Part shown: in pieces, positions 53,698-64,000 of the stretch
How positions within the stretch are numbered: the first letter of the stretch is position 1
Layout: every line of letters starts with the position of its first letter
Assembly (NCBI RefSeq): GCF_018977255.1
Contig: NW_024704742.1
Span: forward strand, 19,036,001 to 19,100,000
Length of the DNA: 64,000 bases
Origin: Callorhinchus milii
Taxonomy: Eukaryota
Direction: 5' to 3'
The notes under the pieces: model-generated
Seen by the model: the letters and a program-made list of their open reading frames with translations, nothing else
Told to the model about the DNA's origin: nothing
Database searches by the model: none
Program-made: the position numbers and the translations under genes

Positions 53698-53904
53698 GAA
53701 GCACCCTATGTTATGCTGAAGAAAAACCATGAACAATTTGAAGGCAATGACCAGTATGAAGGCTACTGTGTTGATCTAGCGGCAGAAATAGCCAAACACT
53801 GTGGCTTTAAGTACAAGCTCTCAATAGTGCCCGATGGGAAGTATGGTGCTAGGGATGCAGAAACCAAAGTTTGGAACGGAATGGTCGGAGAACTGGTGTA
53901 TGGG
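53698..53904 (+). CDS. GRIA2: GRIA2 exon 10, ligand-binding S1 ([10 protein letters not shown]...GMVGELVYG)
   Basis: Acceptor catag, donor GTAAGA, 207 nt. Confidence 0.97.
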
Positions 53905-54377
53905 GTAAGATAAGTGACTCTAAAATTCATTCAGCAAATAAATGCTTAGGAATTTAATAGATTTAGATATTGATAACTAAGAAATGAGCCTCACACTGCT
54001 GAAATTGAACCATACAGGTTGCCTGATTAGATCCTGTTCTCTCTATTGGACTGATTGATCATAGATACAGCTACAGTTAACCTCAGCTGTTGGAAAGGGA
54101 GAATAAGCTAGTATTCCCTTTCCAAATAGCAATCCACTTACCAGGGCTGACAAGTGGACAGATAGGAAAATCAGGTGAATTGACAATGATGCACCAGAAC
54201 ATTCCCCTACTCCTATTACAGTGAACAGCCTGCTGATCCTCACTACTTAAAGAATAGAGATTTGGATGAGATAATGGAGGGCAGCTATTGCCTATGAATT
54301 GTGCCCAGCATAAGTCAGCACCTTCAGCAGAGAACGAGTGAAGAGGGTAAAGAAAGGCATAATTATAGCAATGATGA

Positions 54378-54848
<471 letters not shown>

Positions 54849-55138
54849 TAGCTTTGTGCATTTTTGGTCTCAAACTAATGCCATGTTGCATATATATTCG
54901 GGTTTTACTTGCAACCCTCCCCACCTCCTTGATCTTTTCCTTTTTTAAAAAAACCCACAAATTAAAGAACAAAAACAAATTTGAACATTTGGTCCTGAAA
55001 AGGGAAAAACAATTTTTAATAAATACAAAGAAGTGCATGAATGATGTACAACAAAGTCATTCATGCATTTCCACCATGAACTTATGTGCACCATGCAGAG
55101 ACTCTAAAATGCATAAGGTTACAGTCATTACATGGTCC

Positions 55139-55169
55139 TCTTGGAGGGGTACCGTGTTTTTGCTGCATA
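55139..55169 (+). promoter_or_regulatory. Q/R editing-complementary sequence (ECS) in intron 11
   Basis: Pairs with 54800-54830 at 29 of 31 positions counting G-U; core TTTGCTGCATA lies opposite TATGCAGCAAG. Confidence 0.9.
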
Positions 55170-56601
55170 TTCCCATTTTACGGTCCACGATTCATGTGTA
55201 TATAAAAGAGGAGGGCATGAAGTTAGTTAGTCCATCAGTCATTCATCATCCAGTTTTTTTTATTCACACAAACAGCAAGATATAGCACATGCCTGCTTCC
55301 GGTAAACTCAGAAAAGCATTACCTCAGGCAATATTGAATGTCAGCTCTCCTCAGTTCTCCTCCAGTTAATCACGGAGACAGTTGGAAGTTGTTGTGAAAG
55401 AAGAATTATACTGGTTTGGAAAGACCTCTGTTGAGAATAATAATCCTCTGCATTGAGAAAAGAGACACATCCCTTGAAAAAGCAGTCTCCTCTATTGAAA
55501 GGAATTCCTTCCATTGAGTAAGGAATCTAACCCCTCAGAAGAGAGTGTTCAGTAAAACGAGAGCGAATGGTAAAATAAGATAAACTTTATTTGTGTTATA
55601 TTTGAATGCCTTCCATATATACATTATATCTAATCTTTGTAGTTGTTTATCTTGAAGACCAGCTTGATGGATCCAACTTCGTCAGCTATAAGAAGACAGA
55701 TTTAAAACTACTGGCGCTGTTGGTGACTGCACAAACCATACATTAGAAAGTCTCTTTGCAATTTTAACAGTCTAAAGATATTAGCAACTGGGACTAGATG
55801 CCAAATATACTTATTGTGCGCCTGATAAAGTAGTTTGATAATGATTGCATGTCGTAATGTTCACAAATTGCTCACAAAATATTTTTAGAATCATTTATTT
55901 TTTATAAAACAATAGAAGTTAGATTTAGCACCTCTGTTCACCTAGTTTTGGTGGCAAGTACAGCACGTAATGTCACACAGTCAGTGGATCAACCATAGCC
56001 TATTTATTTAAAGCAGATCTTCACCCGTATACTACACATCGTTACATCTTACTCTGCAGCATCATCTCTAGAAAATTGCAAAGCAATAGTATTTCCCTCT
56101 CTCCCTGTTCCATTAAAGCACTAATTTTGAATTAATTTGAGCATGAAAAGCTTTGAAGCTAAAACTCATCTTGATTTAAATTGTAATCCTTGAATTTTGA
56201 TATAACAGCTTCCATGTTGGGAGGATATTACAATAGGATATCTTACACATTTATATAACACCTTAAGCATTGGGAAGACATCTGGGCTGGGCATACAAGC
56301 TGAGCCTGGGAGGCGAAGGAAAAATTTATAAGTTAAGCATTTAAAATAAAGGGTGGGTCTATGAGGGTTTAGCACCTTGACACACTGAGCCATAGGTTAT
56401 ACTAAACAACCAATGTAGTTAATGGTCACTACAACAAGCAATATAAATAAATTAATTGAAACTTTATTTTAATAAGAATGACAGTAATTTTATAAAATAA
56501 TTTGATACGTTCTACCTTCATAGTCCATATATTAAATGGGGAATATACTTCCAATTTCTATTACTATGCAGCAAAAGCATTATATCTGCTCCCATCTCAC
56601 T

Positions 56602-56686
56602 GATACAGTCCAAAAACATGTTAAGAACAAGAGTCTACTGGCAGCCCCAGTAGACTCTTGTTCTTAACATGTTTTTGGACTGTATC
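56602..56686. repeat. Perfect 40-bp inverted repeat with 5-nt loop
   Basis: 56602-56641 is the exact reverse complement of 56647-56686. Confidence 0.97.
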
Positions 56687-56783
56687 CCAGCCTCTATTAG
56701 TTTCCCTATTTTTCACTTATTTTCGTCTTCCTGGTTTCAGAGACCTGCTGCTCCCAGTCTGCCAGTTATGCTGCTGTCAGATA

Positions 56784-56809
56784 GTGAGTGAGTGAGTGAG
56801 TGAGTGAGT
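56784..56809. repeat. (GTGA)n microsatellite
   Basis: Read directly. Confidence 0.9.
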
Positions 56810-59130
56810 ACGTACACTTAAAGAATTCACCTTCAGGTTTTCTAACCCTCTCACTAATTGGCTTCTAGAAAGTACCTCAGCAAAGGAAAACCAAGCTGGG
56901 CTCCCACCTCTCGGTGATGCTGTACACTGGTGCTCTGATGCATTGTACACTCGTGCTCATGCATTACAGTAGCATGATTTTGATTTTGCTTTTAAGGAAG
57001 AAGGTGCAAAGCATTTAGAATGTAGCTCAGGAGATGAAGGATAAGATGTAGTAATTATAGTCCCGTCAGGATTGTAGGCTGTTCAAACACTAATACTGTT
57101 TTCATTAGACACTAAATGAAACATATTTAATGCATATCTGTACCTTTTCCCTCTAATAGGTTAAGACAGGTGAGAAAATTTTGGCTTCTGATAATTTCTG
57201 GATACTCGGTGTGTTACATTAGGTTTCATACATCCTCATCCTCAACACTCTGCACATCTATATATGTGTATATACCATTTTCCATTACTGTGTTTTGTAT
57301 CTTTATTTTAAGGATTTAATACCCTGTAGTTGAAAGATCTTTTTAGAAAAATAACTGAAATAATGTTGTTTAAAAAGAGAACTCAGGTGCTCCCAGTGTG
57401 TACCGAGACTTGCCAAATGGTTCCAGGTTCCATGCCCTGGTCTATGCTGAGTCAGCTAAAGCCAGCCAGGATGTTAGTAAGTATGAAACAGTCTCAGCTT
57501 TTTGTCCCCATGATCACACTGCCTGCCAGCACTTAATCTCCAGGCTCAAACATGAAGAATGGCCACTTGATGAGACACTGGATGGCTGCTAACTACATAG
57601 GCAGCAGGAGGCTAGAGCTAGAAGTGGCTCAGATGCCTATATCTTTTCTCCAGTTTTAGCTAGTGGGATGTTGCGACTGGATTGGGGAGCTGCTCTCTGT
57701 GTGTAATGGGACATGAAGTAATGTAAGTGTAGCAGTCAGTGATTGAGTGAGCAGGAGTTGGATCCAGTGCCAGGGCACACACACAGACAGATAGAGACAC
57801 AGTCCTTCAGTAAAGCACAGTCAAGATGTACGAGGAGAGTGTGGCTTAGCTCAGCCCCCATAAAGATAATTTTCACCTGCCACGTATGGATAGGATCCAT
57901 GCCATCCCCCCAGCATAAAACATTGGAGAGGAGAGTCATTGTTTTTTTCAAAAAATTCAAAAAAAGCTCAATGATTGGAACTGAACTTAGGTTGCACAAT
58001 ACTTTTGTTAATTCTTATTATGACTTCAATCTTACAAGAACAAACGTGCCTATGTACTTTTACAAGGTTGCATTTGTTTAAGATATAATTAAACATGGGG
58101 TGCTATTCTGAGAGAAATGTGTTTACTGGTAAGGAAATTAATTATGTATTCAGCAATGTGCTCAGTGAGACCTTGAGTTCAGACTCTCCGTCACAGTTTT
58201 GTTTAACGGGGATGAATTCAAACAGTTCAGTTGAAAGCAAGACACAAATTTAGACTTGCCTTGTTATCAGGGTATTTTTGCCAGAAATGATATGTTGAGA
58301 GTGATTTAGGCTATTCTTTTTTTACCTCGCTCAAATTAATTGAAAGAATTTTAATTTATCTTAAATTTTAAGGCAGGAGAAAAGAAACAAAGTGTGAATA
58401 TTGGAGTTGCTGCGAATAAAGACTCGGATTTCTGAGTCATTTTCATGTTCATAGATCTTGTTTGTTTGCATCAGTTTTGTTGTCCATGATCACAAGCAGC
58501 TCCTAAGCCATGCCTTCCTTTTATTAAACCCTCCAGTATTGAAAAACTCCAGCATCATTTAAAAAGTTGCTCGTTGAGTGTTGAGCATTCACCTTTCTTT
58601 AATGTAATGTAACAAACCTTCACCATTGCCCGTGGCTCCTCTCGTTTGTGTATGACACTGTTTGTGGACCCCATTTGAATGTTTAAATGTCTTTTTCAGA
58701 TTAATTGAAAATAATCATTCAAGCATTTGGCACAGTTTTTGTGTAAGACCGTACTATGTGCATTTGTAGTTTACATATCATAAATTTGCCTTCATTTTTT
58801 GTGTTCTGAGCAAAATAGAAGATGTATAGTAGCATGGAGGGCTACTACTTTTCTTTCCATTTGGCATATTCTCATTATTTTAAATTTTTTATTGCAAGGG
58901 AGCACTTACTTTCACTACTTATTATTAGATGTAGTAAAACCTTTAAACACCAAACCATTTAGCTGTGATGTATAATTCATGCAGCATTAACATTGTTAAC
59001 TCTTAAATTTATTTACGAGGATGAAGACAGTTTGTGGAATTATTTTAACAGCTCACCAAGTGGCTTGTAATATGCAGTTAAAGTGCTTCCATGCATTTAA
59101 ATGCCAAGCATAATAACACGTGACTGATGA

Positions 59131-59394
<264 letters not shown>

Positions 59395-59459
59395 TGAGAT
59401 TTTGCTTTTCTGCATTTGTTTTCAGAGGTGAGAAATCATTGTTGATGCAAAAATGGGTG

Positions 59460-59850
59460 AGAAAATCATTATTCCCAACTCTGTGTGAAAAAGCTTCCTG
59501 ACCTCACTAACTGTCTTGGTTTTGATTTTAAGGCTATGTCCCTTGTAACAGATTCCTCTACCAGAGGGGAAGAGTCATCTTCTATCTAACCTGTCAATTC
59601 CTTTCATTACTTTGAATATCACAATCAAATGACCCCTTAACCTCTTCTGATCTAGGAAATATAACCACAGTCTAGCCATTATGACTAGGCTTCTTTGGCC
59701 CAGGTATTAATTTAGTGAATCACTGCTGGACATCATCCAAGTCTTGTATATCCTTCCTAAGATTGGGTGTCCAACACTGAGCACAATACTCCAAATGAGG
59801 TTTGAGCAGCACTACACAATTGGAGCAGGACCTCCTGACTTTATATTCCA
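59460..59850 (-). mobile_element. Decayed CR1 3' fragment
   Basis: Resembles 25900-26280 (TCAAATGACCCCTTAACCTCTTC; CACAATACTCCAAATGAGG). Confidence 0.6.
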
Positions 59851-60883
59851 GACCTCTTGTAATAAATGCCAGCATTCCATCAGCTCGATTGCTTTATGCA
59901 ATTGCAAACTTGGACCCCTTAGATCTACTCATCTACTCCTCCTGGTGTTTCCCTATTCGGAACAAACTCCCAATTGCTACTCTTCCATCTTAAGTGTACA
60001 TCTTCACACTTTGGAATGTTAACTGCTTCTCCTCCTGACCCCACATGGTCATGTGTGGCATTCATCAGAGCTCTATTCTCAGTCCTTTCCTTTTTATCTT
60101 CTACCTGCTTCCCCCTTGGTGACATCATCCATAAGCACGTGTTCCACTCCTATATGTGCATGGATGACAACCAACTCTCCCTTTCTGCCTCTGCCCTCAT
60201 CTCTAAGCACTCTGAGACACTGCCCGGTGTGGAGGCTGCTATATAAGTGCAATTTGTTGTTTGTTGTCATTCTCCCACCCCTACCCATCCCATCTCTGCA
60301 ATTCCCTGCATCGCTTCTCCTCCAACCACTCATTTAATTTCACCACCTCTGCCCCACATCACTTGTCATCACTTGCCTGTCAATCAGAGAATGTCCATTT
60401 ATAGCAACTTTTTGTGTCCTATTTTACAACCTATTGTCTGTCTATCACACAAAGTTGCCTTCAACTCTATGTCACGCATTAACTTTAGCTAATTAATAAT
60501 TAATAATTTTCTAGTTATGGGATCATGGGGTGAAAAAATTGTACTTCATAGAATTATCAGATCACATATTGCATTTTCACCTTATGGTTTTAAAACCAGC
60601 CAAGACTGTTGAGATAAAGGTACCTTTCCATAAAACTGTCCTCACTTCCACATTCACTTGAAGGCTTTATTTCAGAGGATGAAAAGAATGGATATTTAAG
60701 TCTCACAATTCTCTTATCAATGACTGATCATTGTACACCTTTCTTGTGGCAAGACTTGGTCTCTGATTCAGCTGTCTTAAGTGTGTTCAGAATACTAATG
60801 GGAATCTCCAAAGGACAAAATATGGATGTTGCTTTGAAAACTTATTCCTTTATATCCTGAAAAACTGCATCTGAGATTTGTTT

Positions 60884-61088
60884 TCCAAAACAAAACAATA
60901 ATAAATTGGTCATTTTTAATCTATGACTGTTTGTGGGACATTGCTGTGCGCAATTGGCTGCCGCGTTCGCCCACAAGTGTACAGTCAATTCACTTTACAG
61001 TGTGTTCTGTGAAGCGCTTTGGGACGTCCTCCCGACGTGAAAAGCGCTATATCAAATGCAAGGATTATTATTATTATTATTATTATTA
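60884..61088 (+). mobile_element. Young SINE, 3' half
   Basis: Near-identical inverted copy of 51406-51610. Confidence 0.9.
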
Positions 61089-61374
61089 CCTTCTATGTTG
61101 GCTGTAAGCATCTTGTGTGGAACTAGATTGGTCAGTCTCTAACTAAATTATTGTGGAGAGCACCAGCCCACATTCAAAATTGCCTCTTATTCAGTATAAA
61201 TGCCAGTGTGTTGAGGCTTTTCAACCAGCAATCCTTCATTGTTTCTCCCCCTCAAATTTCAAACTGATTATTTTCAGTATATTCAATGAATTCAAATCCA
61301 TACTAATCAAGATACTGGTCCCTTCAGTCTGAGATAGTTTCTCAGATTTATATTTCAAAATACAAAAATTATAA

Positions 61375-61730
61375 AATAATCCTTACATTTGATATAGAGC
61401 CAGTGTTTTGTGTCAGGATGATGCCTCAAACAATTTCACAGGATTTAATGTAAAGTGTATGACTGTATTTTGTCAGCGAACACCGCAAACAATTTATGCA
61501 CAACAATGTCCCTCAAATGGCCATGAAGTGAATGACCAAATTTTATTTGTGGGATTGTTGGCCACCAGGACAGCAGGAGAAACTTTCTTTTCGAATTGTA
61601 TCATCTATCTGTAGCATGGGTGCTGCTTATCTAAAATGTCTCATGCGAAGGATGACACCTCCAACAATGCGGCACATCCCCAGTATTAGCGTAGACTAAA
61701 GGCTCATGTCAGAGATGCCCTCTTCTAGAT
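61375..61730 (-). mobile_element. Decayed Deu-like SINE
   Basis: Family tail plus reverse-complement Deu-like core. Confidence 0.5.
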
Positions 61731-62810
61731 AAGAGGTGAAATTATTTGCTGTCTGACAATTCAACTTGATGGTAGAAATCCCATAACGATTTAAAAATAG
61801 GGGAATATTTCCTGATATCCTGGTCAACAATCATTCTGATTAGTTCAGTAGGTCATTCACCTTGTGGCTGATTGTGTGACCTTATTGGTGCAAATGCCTG
61901 TTGTGTTTACCTACAATAAATACACTACACTTGTCAATAACAACTTGAGTTATATAGCGCCCTTCATGCGGGTTAGTCTATCGGAGTGCTTAACAGTGCC
62001 AAAGCTTGACACTGAGCCAGGGAGAGAAGGGATTAAGATACTTTGACAACAACAACAGAAGCTTGCACTTACATAGTGCCTTTCACACAACGTAGCATCT
62101 CAGAGTACTGATAAAGTGCTATAAAAATATAAACTCCCTTTTTCTCTGGCTACATTTATTTGTCTTGTTTCTTTGATAGCAGCTTCCTTCTCTTCATTTT
62201 CAGTACATGGGACTTCAGTCACATAATTTTATTTATTGTTCTGTTGTGTTTCTGTGAGATCCATATACTGTATCTCTCGTTTCCTGCTCTGTAACTCTTT
62301 CGTATGACATTTTGTGAGTCCCATTTCCTTGAATTTCCTCTCTGACCCACCAACTGTGGAATCTTATATTCTTTAGTAATCCCAGGTGACTGAGACTACT
62401 GCTCTGCAATGCGCACTGCTTCAATAACACCCAAGAGGCAAAACGGGCCACTGGTAATTAACAACAGGAACCATTTGCCAAGAAGGGTGGTGGAAGACAG
62501 GAAACTGGGCTCAATTAAACAAAGTGTGATACTGTGAGAGGAGGATGGTAGGGTGGGTATTCTGGAAGGATGAGATAAAATGGGGCAAAGGAACTTTTTC
62601 ACTAAAACCGAACTTGTGGTATTGTAAACTCTGAATGCAGCCGCTTAATCATGAGTCTTTTCAATTTTCAATAAAAGCAGAGAGCTCACTTTGCAAAGCA
62701 AACCTTTTCAAATTGATAGTGAAATATAAATAGGGCAATCGAAAATATCAGTGAGAACTCTCTCTCTTCCTCCCAATCGAGTGATTATTATTATATAATC
62801 ACTTGATGGA

Positions 62811-63170
62811 GTGGAGTCCTGTAGCTCTGTAATTGGAGCACTCACCTCGCAAGCAAGAGACCAGGGTTCCTGGTAGGGCAAAATGTTGGCCAAGTTTCCT
62901 TACTCCACACACCTCTGTTTACCTAGCAGTAAGTAGAAACCCAGTTGTTAGTCAATTGGCAGATTGTTTTTCCGGGTTAATACCGCAAATAAAATAATAA
63001 TAATTTGGTCATTCAATCCATGACTGTTTGTGTGACACTCCTGTGAGCAATTGGCTGCCGCGTTTCGCCCACAAATATACAGTCAATTCACTTTACAGTA
63101 TATTCTGTGAAGCACTTTGAGATGTCGAGAAGATGTGATAAGGTGCCGTATCAAATGCAAGGATTATTAT
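62811..63170 (+). mobile_element. Full-length tRNA-derived SINE (longer subfamily)
   Basis: Head GTGGAGTCCTGTAGCTC, internal CCTCTGTTTACCTAGCAGTAAG block, family tail. Confidence 0.85.
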
Positions 63171-63239
63171 ATAAAAAGTGTTCAGTGACTGGTAAACTAT
63201 TTCAAGCCTGAGTAAGTGTTTCAGTCTATGGTGAGCTGA

Positions 63240-63574
<335 letters not shown>

Positions 63575-64000
63575 TGTTGTTTACTATTGTGATATGGTTT
63601 GTATAAAAATATGAGGTAACATTAACATTGTAGAGGCCATTGAGAAAATTACGTAGCATTCTTTAGAACTAAATTTTAATTTATTGCACCAAGCAAAACT
63701 TTTTTTTAAAAGGGCAATACCCAATTAACCTGTGTTGGACGTTGAACCGAGTTCTTACTTCTTGAATCGAGCATGTTGGTTAGACTCGAGACTCGTAGAC
63801 AGTGCAATCCTGATGTCTTTACTTTAGTGGGAAAGGGAGACAAAAAAAATACCTGAATGTTCTTTAATAATATATTGTTTTCATTGGAATAATTTTGGTG
63901 GGATTGTCAAGTCCTATTGCGAAAAATATTATAATATTTTATGAAAGAAAACAGTCATGTATTTCACTGTTTACGAATCTTGAATCTGACCATAGTATGA

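Noticed and set aside
63575..64000. Flip/flop exon 14
   Set aside because: No matching coding sequence before the window ends

Overview
Vertebrate genomic DNA, probably a cartilaginous fish (inferred from the SINE/L2/CR1 repeat content, not proven). The window holds the 5' part of an AMPA-type glutamate receptor gene, GRIA2 (GluA2), on the + strand. Coding exons 1-13 (ATG 4038 to donor after 63514; 2297 nt) are all GT-AG, and the reading frame runs unbroken across them. The flip/flop exons and C-terminus lie beyond the window. Both A-to-I recoding cassettes are visible: a genomic Gln at the Q/R site (A54805) with its intron-11 editing-complementary sequence (ECS, 55139-55169), and the R/G hairpin (63508-63574). 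Introns contain decayed CR1 and L2 LINEs, tRNA-derived and Deu-domain-like SINEs, and small fold-back elements. A compound (GGGCA)n satellite lies about 2 kb upstream of the ATG. The most unusual spots are (i) a cluster in intron 11 at 56533-56809, made of a sequence complementary to the ECS, a perfect 40-bp hairpin and a candidate cryptic exon with stacked GTGAGT donors, and (ii) a young SINE fused to the exon-8 donor whose near-identical inverted partner in intron 12 brackets exons 9-12 (888 nt, frame-symmetric).
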